This document shows positions 1-11,841 of a stretch of 37,821 nt of DNA, piece by piece. The translations under genes were made by a program, and so were the position numbers. The notes beneath the pieces are model-generated. The model worked only from the letters and a program-made list of their open reading frames with translations, ran no database searches and had not been told where the DNA came from. Origin of the DNA: Octopus bimaculoides (Eukaryota); assembly GCF_001194135.2 (NCBI RefSeq), contig NC_068989.1, positions 35,180,659 to 35,218,479 on the forward strand. Direction: 5' to 3'. Within the stretch, counting starts at the first letter, position 1. Each line of letters begins with the position of its first letter.

Positions 1-62
<62 letters not shown>
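1..62. repeat. (AC)n microsatellite
   Basis: Direct reading. Confidence 0.99.
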
Positions 63-65
<3 letters not shown>

Positions 66-66
66 G

Positions 67-1163
67 TAGACTGAAAAGTTCATAAGCTGACTATGAATGA
101 GTGATGCATGCACTAATTTCAACACTTCCTAATAAGTGTATTGATTCTTTCCTGGTAAATTGACATCTGACTGTTCAAAGAAGACTTCAAAAGTAACTAG
201 TAGCGACTTCTCTTGAAAATTGACAAAGTTGGCATTGTGGTCTTATGAAGTGCCTGCAGAAAAAAGATTTAGTCCCCAAGGATAATTATTGCTGATATAC
301 TTAGAGGATGATGCTCCAGCTTTGTCAACAGTGCAAAAATGGGCAGCTGAATTTAGGAGAGGAACAGAGACTCTTGAAGATGACCCAAGATCTGGATGTC
401 CTGCGACTTCCACCACCAATGAAAACATTGATTGTGTTCACCACATGATGATGGATGACAGGCAATTGACAAATCAATGCTATTAGCATTGAGAGTTGAG
501 AATATTCTATACATGATGACTTTTTTGATCAATAGGAGGAAAATGTCTTCACCAATGGGATCCATGACGAAAGTTTCTGCTTGGTGAGTACCAAGTCTTC
601 TGACACCGGATCAGAAGCACATCAGACTGATCATATAATGGGAAAATCTAACATTGTTTTAGGCAGATCCAGCAGATTTCCTTGAATGTCTCCTAATCCA
701 GGATGAGTGTTGGGTTCATCACATTGAGCCAGAAACAAAGAGATAATCCATGCAGTGGAAATACCTCTCTTCACCTGCTCCAAAGAAGGCCAATGTCATT
801 TCATCTGCAGGGAAGGTGATGGACTCAGTCTTTTGGGATACAAAGGACATTGTGCTTATTGAATATCTTCAAAAGGGCCACGTCCTCAATAGAAAATACT
901 GTACCAACTTGCTGAGACAGTTACGAAAGGCTGTCAAAACCAAATGAACAGGAAAATTGGCGAAAGGGATCTTGTTTCATCAGGACAATGCTCCAGCACA
1001 CAAGTCCTTGGTTTCAATGGCTGCTGTGCATAACTGTGGCTTTGAACTCGTTGATCACTTTCCCTATTCTCCTGTAGACCACAAGGGGCTAGGTTGAAAA
1101 ATAAACCTCATTTGGTCAGATTCCATGAGAGTATCTTGGTCAGCCCATGAACTTTTCAGCTGA
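67..1163 (+). mobile_element. Degenerate mariner transposon, internally deleted
   Basis: Imperfect TIRs tagactgaaaagttcataagctgac (67-91) and gtcagcccatgaacttttcagctga (1139-1163). Broken transposase with W*VPSLLT, LIQDECW, FHQDNAPAH and FPYSP, then a deletion removing the third catalytic D. Confidence 0.9.
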
Positions 1164-1596
1164 CTGCTGTGTGTGTGTGTGTGGACACACACACACAAAT
1201 TTTGGCAAGCAAATAAGAAACCTACAGATATTACACTTGCATTGTAACTTTTTGATTTACAACTGTGAATACTTGAGTTGTTGGTAATATAACTAACTAC
1301 CTGTCTACCTGTCTTGAGGAGCTGGATTCACACCAAATCAGAAAGTATTACGCTAATTAAGAAATTGCAACTATAACTTATTAGTGGATCTATGAAATAC
1401 ATTAGACATTTACAGAAGTTTAGCTTTACCTTTTTGATACTAACCCAGCCGAGACTGCCCTTGATTCTCTGCTGCTAAATTGGTACTGACTTGACTAATT
1501 AAATAATTAATTCTGTGTTAATTGTTCTTAGTTTGTTGGAACACTGACACTAAAGTATTGATCAGCTTGGTATATGTTTTCGTATTTTGAGGTCAG

Positions 1597-1680
1597 GTGG
1601 CCAAACTGTACCATGATGTGAGCATCGGCAATGCAGTGAATATCATTGTCACAAGACTGGTTCTTCTAACTGATGAACAG
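1597..1680 (+). CDS. ADAMTS6: ADAMTS6-like window exon 1 (catalytic domain)
   Basis: cag|GTG...CAG|gtaggt; VAKLYHDVSIGNAVNIIVTRLVLLTDEQ. Confidence 0.92.
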
Positions 1681-2329
1681 GTAGGTAACTGGGTTTTTTT
1701 GTTAGTTATTTAATTATTTTGGGCAGAATCATTTGTGCTTCAGACAAAATACTAAGTGGCATTTTTCTGGCTCTTTACACTTTTGAGTTCAAATCTTGCT
1801 GAGACCAACTTTACCTTTTATCTTTTCAAGGTCAAATGAAATAAAGTACCAGTCAACTACTGGAGTTAATGAATTTTACTTGTCTCCTCCCCTCAAAATA
1901 ACTGGTCTTGAGCCAAAATTAGGGAGAATTATTTAATTATTTTAATTGAGAGAAAGCTTTTTGAAATTTGTCATCTGGTTTTGGTACAATAGGTATATTT
2001 TACTAAAATTACACACACACTCTTACATATACCATAAGTAAATACTGAAGATAGGCAATATGCTTTAATAAAGTTAATTGTAAAGAAAAGGCCTCATCAC
2101 AATGAGAAAATATGTATAAGGATATACTTGCATGTGTGTGTGTGTATAAATACTTGTTTATGTATAAGCACAGGCATGGTTATGCGCTAAGAAGCTGGGG
2201 TTCAGTTCCACTGCATGGCACCTTGTGTAAGTGCCCTCTACTATAGCCCCAGGTTGACCAAAACCCTGTGAGTGGATTTGGTACATGGAAACTGAAAGAA
2301 GCCTGTTGTGTGTGTATATATATATATAT

Positions 2330-2640
2330 ATTATTTTGTTTAAAAGAGTTCCAACACTGTCTGTTTTTTATGTTTTATTTATATTCCTGCAGAACCAATG
2401 TGGGGTATAGAATATGGAATATACAATATATAATATAATATACAATACATAATATAAAATAAAATAAAATAAAAATGGATGGCACCATGAAATAAAGTAT
2501 TGAATGTAGATGAAATATTGAGTGTTCAATATAAAGGATCAAGTATATAAATATAAATATATAAAGGCGACTCGAGTTTCAGGGCTATTTCCCTTCGTCA
2601 TGGCCGGTATGACAGACTTTAACAGACAGTCTGTTAAAGT
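2330..2640 (-). mobile_element. Probable Penelope-like pLTR fragment carrying a hammerhead motif
   Basis: Hammerhead motif followed by an AT-rich tail on the minus strand. No RT or GIY-YIG coding sequence seen, so the PLE origin is inferred. Confidence 0.55.
2566..2605 (-). ncRNA. Minimal type I hammerhead ribozyme-like motif (variant core CAUGACGA)
   Basis: Minus strand GGC-CATGACGA-AGGG(AAATAG)CCCT-GAAA-CTCGAG-TC-GCC: stem I GGC/GCC, stem II AGGG/CCCT, palindromic helix III ACTCGAGT, GUC site; one extra A in the U-turn. Confidence 0.65.
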
Positions 2641-3483
2641 NNNNNNNNNNNNNNNNNNNNNNNNNNNNNNNNNNNNNNNNNNNNNNNNNNNNNNNNNNNN
2701 NNNNNNNNNNNNNNNNNNNNNNNNNNNNNNNNNNNNNNNNNNNNNNNNNNNNNNNNNNNNNNNNNNNNNNNNNNNNNNNNNNNNNNNNNNNNNNNNNNNN
2801 NNNNNNNNNNNNNNNNNNNNNNNNNNNNNNNNNNNNNNNNNNNNNNNNNNNNNNNNNNNNNNNNNNNNNNNNNNNNNNNNNNNNNNNNNNNNNNNNNNNN
2901 NNNNNNNNNNNNNNNNNNNNNNNNNNNNNNNNNNNNNNNNNNNNNNNNNNNNNNNNNNNNNNNNNNNNNNNNNNNNNNNNNNNNNNNNNNNNNNNNNNNN
3001 NNNGTGTGTATTTTTTTAATCTATATTTGTCCCCCACCACTGCTTGACAACTGGTGTTGGTGTGTTTATGTCCCTGTAACTGAATGGTTCAGCAAAAGAC
3101 ACCAATAGAATAAGTACCAGGCTTAAAAGGAAAAAAAAGGACTGGGATACAGTCAACTAAAAATTTCTCAAGGTAGTACCCCAGCATGGCCACAATTTAA
3201 TGATTGAAAAAAGTAAAAAATAAAAACATACACCAATAGGAATAAAAGAAAGTACATTGAATGTATTTAAGTAAGCCTGTTAGGGTATCTCTCCCAGGTT
3301 TCTTCAGTCCCAGATTCTTGAGAAATTTGGTAGAAAATGCAATTGAGAATTCCTAGAATTGTATTCTATTTCTCAGGAACAGGCAAAGCAAGAGGACTAT
3401 TACCTTTTTTTATAGTCCACAAATTTTCTTGAAATAATAATCATCTCTTCTTTTTGCTTTACCTTTACACATTTGCTTGGCAG

Positions 3484-3629
3484 CCAAATCTAAGCATCAC
3501 TCACCATGCTGACCGATCTTTGGGTAGTTTTTGTCGCTGGCAGAAGATGATTAATTCTCCAATCCATTCCAATGTAACTCAGCAGAATAGAGGAATTGCT
3601 CATCATGATAATGCTGTTCTTTTAACCAG
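3484..3629 (+). CDS. ADAMTS6: ADAMTS6-like window exon 2
   Basis: cag|CCA...AG|gttagt; [48 protein letters not shown](R). Confidence 0.95.
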
Positions 3630-3835
3630 GTTAGTAACTCTGTTTAATTAACAGAACTTTTGTATTAATCTTGTAAATTATTTCTGAAACAGGGATTAGA
3701 AAAAAAAAACAAAAACAAACAAACAAGACTTGTATTGTTTCCTAAGCCATTGCAAAATTTTGCTAAAGACTGTTGTGTCCAAATTTCCTGGATGTTAGCA
3801 TGAAACCCTGGAATGGTAATAACAAGCACTAAGTG

Positions 3836-3872
3836 CACACACACACACACACACGTTTGTGTGTGCGTGTGT

Positions 3873-3907
<35 letters not shown>

Positions 3908-4010
3908 TATTATTATTATTATTATTATTATTGTTGTTGTTGTTGTTGTTGTTGTCGTCGTCGTCGTCGTCGTCGTTGTTGTTGTTGTTATTATTATTAT
4001 TATTATCATT
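3836..4010. repeat. Compound microsatellite (CA)n-(TG)n-(AAT)n-(TAT)n-(TGT)n-(CGT)n-(TGT)n-(TAT)n
   Basis: Direct reading. Confidence 0.97.
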
Positions 4011-4621
4011 ATTTTGGAGTTTCTAGTATGTATAGACCAAACCATCAAAGCAAATAAATCCAGATAATGTTGTGAAAGACCAAAGCAGTAAAGTCTGTTT
4101 ATTGATTGACATGAGCATATCCTGTGACCATAATATTTTGGCAAAAGAATTTGATAAGCTCAGAAAATAGAAGGATTTGCAAATTGAAATCAAAAAGATG
4201 TGGCATCTCAAGACAGTTACAATACCAGTGATTGTAGGAGCACTTGGAATGAAACTGAAAATTATTTAAGGATGATCTCTGGCTTGCCATACCTGCATGA
4301 AGTGCAAAAGATTGTTTTAACTGGTACATCACACGTACTGAGAAGAGCATTGTCGCTGTGAATTTTCTTTCCCCTTTTTCCCTTTATTTTCTTTGTTTAC
4401 TTTTTTATTTTTCATTTTTTTCCTTTTTCTCTCTGTCTTTCTTTCCCTTTTTCTCTTTCACTTGACTTTGTAAATGAACAATCTGGTGTGCTTATTTTAA
4501 TGGCCTACTAATGTATACAACGAGTTTCTCTGCCCTAGGTGTCAAGAAGACACTTGGCAAAAAATGGAAATAGAATTGAAAGATGATAATGATAATAAAA
4601 ATAATAATAATAACAATAATA
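4010..4621 (+). mobile_element. 3' fragment of an REL-endonuclease non-LTR retrotransposon (Dong/R4-like)
   Basis: Frameshifted DQTIKANK.PDNVV...LLIDMSISCDHNILAKEFDKL...VTIPVIVGALG...EVQKIVLTGTSHVLRRALSL*, then a 3' UTR and (AAT)n tail. Confidence 0.85.
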
Positions 4622-5275
4622 AATGTCCTGATGCAGTACCAGGCAGTGGCTCTCATGGCTTCTTATCTTAAATGATTGGAAATGTTATCATGTACATTGT
4701 TTTGTCTTGATATAGAAGATGGGCTACAGTAAACATTCTGCTCAATACCACAGTTTTGCTTGTCAGTTGTTTGACCTTAACCAGTTGAGCATATCCCTTA
4801 GTGGCTAACGATACATGCATTTCTGATCATGAGCAGAAGTAGTGGGGGAGCATCATAGCCATGAGTTGAGAGGAATTCTTTGAGGTTTGGATAATTCACC
4901 TTTGGAAACATGGGTGTTTTGTTCAACATACTTAAACAACACTTATTCAGGGACCTTTTGAGTGGGATGGGCTACTCGACCTGAAGAAAATTCTAACTGG
5001 GCCCCACCTGGAAGGTCATGTGCTGCTTATCTTGATATGAGTTCACCATGTCATACACATATGGTTGTGATGCATGTGCCTGGTGTGCCCTTATCAGATG
5101 GGTAGTCATGATGGGTATACTGGACTTCGTATATTTTACCCCAGTGTCACTTTGATGGCATGCACTGCTCTCTCACNNNNNNNNNNACTTCGTATATTTT
5201 ACCCCAGTGTCACTTTGATGGCATGCACTGCTCTCTCACTCAATGATAATAATAATAAAAAAAATAATAATAATG
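4622..5275. mobile_element. Unclassified interspersed repeat bounded by (AAT)n
   Basis: Non-coding block between two (AAT)n tracts, resembling a repeat I recall from octopus assemblies; not verified by search. Confidence 0.4.
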
Positions 5276-5412
5276 ATAATTTAGATGAAGAAAAGAAAAT
5301 TCAAGTGGTAGGCATGTTAACTTCATTCAAATAGACATATTGTATTTAATACTTCATGAACAACCTTTTAAGCATTTGAAATGTCAAAAAACGATGTATG
5401 TTAACTAACCCT

Positions 5413-5945
5413 CATCATCATCATCATTTAGTGTTTACTTACCATGCTGGCATGTGTTAGATGGTTTGACTGGAACTGGTAAGCTGGAGGGCTGCACCAA
5501 GTTCCAATCTAATTTGGCATGGTTTCTATGGCTAGATGCCCTTCCTACTGCCAACCACTGAGTGTAAAGAGTGCTTTTTATGTGCCACCAACATGGGTGC
5601 CAGTTATGCGACACTGGTATCAGCCACAACTGTGATTTCACTTGGCTTGACAGGTCTTCTCAAGTACAGCATAACGCCAAAGGTCTCGATCACTTATCAT
5701 TATCCGCATGAGGCCCAACATTTGAAGGAAGCTTTTTACATGCCACTGGCATGGGTGGCAGGTACATGACTACAATTTCACTTGGCTCCATGGGTCTTCT
5801 CAAGCATGGTATATCGCCAAAGGTCTCAGTCACTTGTCATTGCCTCCGTGAGAACCAACATTCAAAGATCATGCTTCACCACCTTGTCCCATATCTTCTT
5901 GGGTCTACCCCTTTCTCCCTTGGGTTTAAGAGAAAATAAATAAAA
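5413..5945 (-). mobile_element. Repeat sharing the RTE LINE 3' tail
   Basis: Reverse complement of the ...ccatgccagcatggaaaa...taaatgatgatga tail at ~10990-11152; contains a ~140-bp internal tandem duplication (~5625-5870). Confidence 0.7.
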
Positions 5946-6039
5946 AGAAAGCAAGTCTCTGCTAGAACTTTTCTCTTGTGTGTGTGATTGTGTGTATGTG
6001 TGATTGTGTGTATGTGTGTGTGTGTGTATGTGCATGTAT

Positions 6040-6280
6040 GTTTATGTCTCCTTGTCTTGACATCATGTGATAGTTGCAAATAAGTGTCACTGATATACAA
6101 GCAGTGTCATTCATTTCCAATATTCTGTGAAAACATGTCTGGTTATGGGAAAACATTTTACTTGGAAGCAGATGAAAGTTCACAAGAAGGACATTTGGTC
6201 ATTAAAATGTCTGCCTCAATAAATTTCATCTGACCCATGCATGCATCGAAAATTCAGCATGAAATATGATGATGTGATGC
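6040..6280 (+). mobile_element. Interspersed repeat with (TGA)n-like tail
   Basis: A second, reverse-oriented copy lies at ~35090-35280 (acaagcagtgtcattcat versus atgaatgacactgcttg). Confidence 0.55.
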
Positions 6281-6369
6281 AGTATGTATGTATTATCATT
6301 TAGTATTTGTGTGTAGCTATGTAGCTGCTATGTTAGTCAAAACATTCAGTAATCTTTTGTTTCTTTCAG

Positions 6370-6413
6370 GTATGATATCTGCACATACAAAAACAAACCA
6401 TGTGCAACACTAG
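6370..6413 (+). CDS. ADAMTS6: ADAMTS6-like window exon 3 (44 nt)
   Basis: cag|G TAT...CTA G|gtaagt; (R)YDICTYKNKPCATL(G). Confidence 0.93.
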
Positions 6414-6946
6414 GTAAGTTGCATGTATATTCTTTCTTCCCCTCTGTCATCATTATCACCACTACCACCACAACCACAACCACCACATCATCATCATTGT
6501 CATCATCACCATTTTCGTCATTGTCATCGTTGTTGTCATTGTCATCATCATCATCTTCGTCATCAAAATCATTTATTCTTCCTCTCTTTTTGCAACTACC
6601 ACTACTTCTATCATCATCATTAGAGTGTTGGACAAAATATGACTGAGACACAACAGATTTGCTGGGATCACTAAAAGTGTTTAAATCATACCAAAGTTTT
6701 TTATGCTTCACCTTTGCACAATTGATAAAGAAATATGTTAGAGTTGAGTCAACTGACCATACCACCTTCTCTAAAACTTAAGCTTAATGCCTGATCATCC
6801 TTAGTTTAATATTATTCTACTATAGATTATAAACATAAAATTTTAATGATTACTATAAAATGACATTAAAGATATGATCTATTATATATGTATTGTATTA
6901 ATGAGGATGATTGACTGATGAATAAATATTTAAAATTAAGTTTAAA

Positions 6947-7500
6947 AGGCACAGGCATGGTTCTGTGATAAGCTTTCTTCCCAATGACATGGTTCTGGGT
7001 TCAGTCCCACTGCATGGCACTTTGGGCAAGTGTGTTCTACTATAGTTCCTCCTCCTCTGCCTCCTCCTCTTTTATCATTATGCAGCCCACATTTATATTT
7101 GGTGATAGATTTCAGAAGCTTTAATATGAACTGAAATATAGTTAAGTGTGGCTCTGTGTTAAGAAGCTTGCTTCCCAACCACATGGCTCCAGGTACACTC
7201 CCACTGCATGACACCTTGGGAAAGTGTCTTCTACTATAGCTTTGGGTTGACCAAAGCCTTGTGAGTGGATTTGGTAGATGGAAACTGAAGGAAGCCCGTT
7301 GTATATATATGTGTCTGCGTTTGTCCCCCTCCCCCACTTGACAACTGGTGTTGGTGTGTTCTCATTTCCATAATTTAGAAGTTTGGCAAAAGAGACTAAT
7401 AAAATAAGTACCAGGTTTTAAAAAAATCAGTAATTAAAAACTCTTCAAGATGATGCCCCAGCATGGCTGCAGTTTAATGACTGAAACAAGTAAAAGATTA
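6947..7500 (+). mobile_element. Two tRNA-derived SINE family A copies (truncated 6947-7045; near full-length 7141-7500)
   Basis: Degenerate A/B-box head (ggttctgggttcagtccc), ccttgggcaagtgtcttctactatagc core, internal (TA)n and A-rich tail. Confidence 0.8.
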
Positions 7501-7703
7501 CAAAAGAATAAAATATAAAAAAAGGATGAAGTGGAGATGAGAAGAAAAAGTAAATGAAATTAAATGATTAATAGAAACAGATTCCTCACATACCAAAAAT
7601 ATAAATTTTTAATGTATGCTTTTACAAATAATTCATGTTTAGATGCGTTTCTTTTTTTATCTTTAACAATATTTCTAGACAAAATTTGTTTGTATTTATT
7701 CAG

Positions 7704-7809
7704 GCCTGGCACCAGTTGCAGGAATGTGTGAAGAAGAAAGAAGCTGCAGTATAAATGAAGATATTGGTCTTGCCTCAGCTTACACCATTGCACATGAAAT
7801 GGGCCACAA
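7704..7809 (+). CDS. ADAMTS6: ADAMTS6-like window exon 4 (HExxH zinc motif)
   Basis: cag|GC...AA|gtaggt; (G)[34 protein letters not shown](N). Confidence 0.96.
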
Positions 7810-7854
7810 GTAGGTGAATACTCACAAAGAACTGACTATCCAGTTACAAACTGC

Positions 7855-8096
7855 ATGTATGTATGTATGTGTGTATGTATGCATGTATGTATGTATGTAT
7901 GTATGTATGTATGTATGTATGTATGGATGGATGGATGGATGGATGTATGGTTGTATGTATGTATGTATGTATGTATGTTTGTATGTATGTATGGATGGAT
8001 GGATGGATGGATGTGTGTATGTATGTATGGATGGATGCATGCATGTATATATGTATGTATGTATGTTATGCATGCATGTATATAAGTATGCATGTA

Positions 8097-8138
<42 letters not shown>
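7855..8138. repeat. (TATG)n/(TGGA)n/(TG)n/(TA)n compound microsatellite
   Basis: Direct reading; source of the spurious ORFs at 7814-8557. Confidence 0.98.
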
Positions 8139-8139
<1 letters not shown>

Positions 8140-8735
8140 CCCTAACTCCTGCATAACTGGTCATCTGCCATTCACTACCTCTGCCTTTCAAGACTTCTCA
8201 GGTTTTACAGTTACCACCTACCTCTCCTCCTCCCACTCATTCCCCATTTCTCACTTCCCTATATTCTCTTGTGTACTCCTGGTCCCTCTGCCCCACTTAC
8301 TTCCACTCACCTCGTACCTTGAGGCTCCACCCAGACACCTTATCACTACTATTTTTATCTCTTTCCTGCTCCCTCAATCACTTCCATCTTTTCTTCTAAA
8401 GTCTGTGTTGTCATGTAGCTCCTTTACAGGAACAAACCTGTTCTGCACTGGCCTCTTTCTTCACATTTTTACCCTTCATTTTCTAGTACAAAACTGCCTG
8501 CTCAGGACTAGGTGTTGTGAAAGCTGCATGACAACTTCACTGCTACTTGTAACATGAAATAATTTAGTCAGTACACTCTGTAAAGTGGTTGGTGTTAGGA
8601 AGGGCATCCAGCCATAAAAGCCATGCCAAAACTGAGACACTGGAGCATGGTGCAGCCCTTGGACCCCTTAGATTCTGCCAAAGCATGTAACATGGATGTT
8701 AGATGATAGCAATGATGACGATGATGATGATGTAT
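8140..8735 (+). mobile_element. RTE LINE 3' UTR/tail fragment
   Basis: Pyrimidine-rich tract followed by the shared tail aaagtggttggtgttaggaagggcatccagcc and (TGA)n. Confidence 0.7.
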
Positions 8736-8759
8736 GATGTGTGTGTGTAAGTGCTACTA

Positions 8760-11152
8760 TAGAAGAGTATTAAATGTGGAGAATGAATGAAAGAAAGGGA
8801 GTCTCTTCCGTGTGAACCCAATAGAGGGCCAGCCATTTGAGTTGACAGCAGCAAGATAGATAAGGTGATTAAGGATATGATGACAGGGAAAGCTTTTGGT
8901 CCATCAGGAATTATCGCTGAGATGCTTAAAATATCTGGCTGAGAAGGATAACACTCTGGTCACCTATATAGTTAATCAGGTTATTCAGGAAGGTGTCATC
9001 CCCAATGACTACTGTAGCAGCATTATTATTGTCAGCAGCTACAAAGGTAAGGGAGATGTGCTAGATAGAAGTAATTGCAGAAGCACCAAATTGCTGAACC
9101 AGGTCAATAAGTTACAGAAGAGTTATAGCCCAATTAATTCGGAACAGAATCAGATTAGATGAAATGCAGTTTGGCTTTGTGCTGGGAAGAAGTACTACTG
9201 ATGCTATCTTTAGAGTCAGACAACTTCAGAAGTGTTTGGCTAAAAATAAACTATTGTATTTGGCATTTGTTGGCTTGGAGAAAATCTTCAATAGAGCCCC
9301 CCAGGATATAGGGAGTTCTGAAGAAGCTAGTGGGAGACAAGTGGCTTGTGAATGTTGTACAGGCCATGTACAGAGGCTTTGTCAGAAAGGTGAGAGTTAG
9401 TCATGAATACAGTGATGAATTTAGTGTACAGGTAGGCATTCATTTGGACTCAGTTCTAATTCTCCTCCCATTCATCATTGTTCTCCACGCCTTGACAGAG
9501 AGCTTCAAGACTAGCTAACTCTGGGAATTGCTATATGCCAATGATCTTGCTTACATAACAGATTCTGTAACAGAACTAGACAAGAAATTTCAGGCATAGA
9601 AACAAAATCAGGAATTGAAGAGCCTTGGGGTTAACTTAGCATAACCAAGGTTCTAATAAGCAAGAAAACAGACAAAACCATACCCACTTCAGATAAATGA
9701 CTCTGTTCAATATGTAGGAAAGATGTAGGCTGAATTCCATGCAGTGTATCCAGTGTGAACTATGGACACACAAGAGGTGCAGTGGGATAATAGGAAGATT
9801 AACAGAGGAAGAATTGTTTGTATGTGGAAGATGCACAGCAGGAATAAAGTCTGTGGATACATGGAAAATTGGCTTTCTCAAATACACTGGAGGCTCTCTA
9901 GAGATAGTGGATAATTTCTGCTACCTAGAAGACCTAATTAGTAGTGAAGGGGGATGTATGGAAAACTCAGTTGCAAGAATATGAAAAGGATTGAGAAAAT
10001 TCAGAGAGCTTTTACCTCTGTTGGCAATGAAAGGTCTCACTCTCTCTCTCTGAGTGAAAGGAAGATTGCATGATGCCTGTGCATGAACTGCAATGCTACA
10101 TGACAGTGTGATGTGGGCCCTGAATGCAAAGAACATGCGAAAACTAGAGAGGAATGAAGTTAGTATGCTCCACTGGATGTGCAATGTCAGTGCACATGAG
10201 TGACAAAGCATTGGTGTATTGAGAGAAAAGTTAGGCATAAGAGGAATTACATGCAGTGTGCAAGAGAAAAAAGGGCTGCACTGGTTTGGTTATGCAATGA
10301 ATATGGATGTGGACAGTTGCATAAAGAAATGATGGTCATTTAAAGTGGATGGAACACATAAGATGAAGTATTGAAGGGTCATCTCAAGGCACTGAATTTT
10401 ATGAAGGAAATGACAAAAGACTGAGATATCTGGTGCCTTGCTGTACTCAAGAAAACCTATCCACCACCACAGAAGTGATATCCTAAAAACCACATCAGTA
10501 TTGCTTGTCTGTGAGGAGCTCTGTCCAGCATCGAACACTTTTATTTCCCATTATCTTCCCCACCTACTATCTCCACCAATCACCACCTTTCTGTGTCTTC
10601 TGTCTGTGTTGTTAATGCCTTGCTTATCTGTTATCACTGTCAATGTCTTCACATATCCCTGCCTCTCCTGTATTCACTCTATCATTTGCCACTATCATCT
10701 GTCCCAATACAACTTTACCATCATCTCTTTCATTTTTACTCTCTTTATTTTACTTTCTGACACACATGCTCACTTTATCTTAATCTCTAATTCACTCGCC
10801 TTACTTTTCCAACTGGGGATCCATGTATCTAGTCTACAGCAAGACACCTAGCCCTGTCCCTCTATATCTTTAATCTCCCATAACTGACACAACGACACAC
10901 CCCACTCAATATTACTCTCCACTCTCCACTCCCAACAGAGGGGTTTTTGTCTTGCAAGTTACGTGGTGATCCTGTTGGTATTGGAACCAAATAAAATACA
11001 CTGGTGTCAGTACCACTTGAAAAGCACCCAGTACATCCAACTGTAGAAACCATGCCAAACAGACAATGGAGCCTGGTGTGGTTCCCAGCCTTGCCAGTTC
11101 CTGTCAAACTGTCCAATCCATACCAGCATGGAAAATAGACATTAAATGATGA
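8760..11152 (+). mobile_element. 5'-truncated, degenerate RTE-clade LINE
   Basis: RT motifs across frameshifts: GKAFGPSGI, YKGKGD, QFGFVLGRSTTDAIF, AFVGLEKIFNR, ELLYANDL (YADD-like), FCYLEDLI. Pyrimidine-rich 3' UTR and (TGA)n end. Confidence 0.92.
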
Positions 11153-11494
11153 TAATGTTATATATATATGTATATGACTGATAGGATGTAAAATGTTTAT
11201 ATGAATGATGGAATGTGTGTATATATGATGGTATATAGGTAGACACCCAATATATATTTTGAAAATTTTTTCGTTTTTCAGTTTCGGGATGCAGCATGAT
11301 GGTGCTGGCANNNNNNNNNNNNNNNNNNNNNNNNNNNNNNNNNNNNNNNNNNNNNNNNNNNNNNNNNNNNNNNNNNNNNNNNNNNNNNNNNNNNNNNNNN
11401 NNNNNNNNNNNNNNNNNNNNNNNNNNNNNNNNNNNNNNNNNNNNNNNNNNNNNNNNNNNNNNNNNNNNNNNNNNNNNNNNNNNNNNNNNNNNNN

Positions 11495-11530
<36 letters not shown>

Positions 11531-11597
11531 GGATGAGATTGTTATTTAAAATACCGATCATATCAAGTGGCTAGCATGATATTTTTTGGTCAGACCT

Positions 11598-11611
11598 TGT
11601 ATGTATGTATG

Positions 11612-11642
<31 letters not shown>

Positions 11643-11730
11643 GTATGTACGTATGTATGTATGTATGTATGTATGTATGTATGTATGTACGTACATGTGC
11701 ACGTATGTATGTACAGATTATATATATATG
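11598..11730. repeat. (TATG)n microsatellite
   Basis: Direct reading. Confidence 0.97.
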
Positions 11731-11841
11731 TATATGACTGATAGGATGTAAAATGTTTATATGAATGATGGAATGTGTGTATATATGATGGTATATAGGT
11801 AGACACCCAATATATATTTTGAAAATTTTTTCGTTTTTCAG

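Larger units (their letters stand above)
2167..3225 (+). mobile_element. tRNA-derived SINE (family A) split by a nested insertion and a gap
   Basis: The 5' half (2167-~2325) and 3' half (3004-3225) match intact copies at 7141-7500 and 34301-34742; the break falls in the SINE's internal (TG/TA)n tract. Confidence 0.7.

Noticed and set aside
2522-3040. ORFs spanning N gaps (also 11142-11561)
   Set aside because: Artefacts of translating Ns.
5124-5239. 53-bp exact direct repeat around a 10-N gap
   Set aside because: Typical unmerged contig overlap.
7814-8557. 247-aa ORF and overlapping MYVC/HTYI ORFs
   Set aside because: Translations of (TATG)n/(TGGA)n microsatellite and repeat UTR. The same applies to the poly-I/N/H/T ORFs at 3665-4144, 6346-6765, 16716-17045, 18602-18886, 28748-29060 and 36497-36721.
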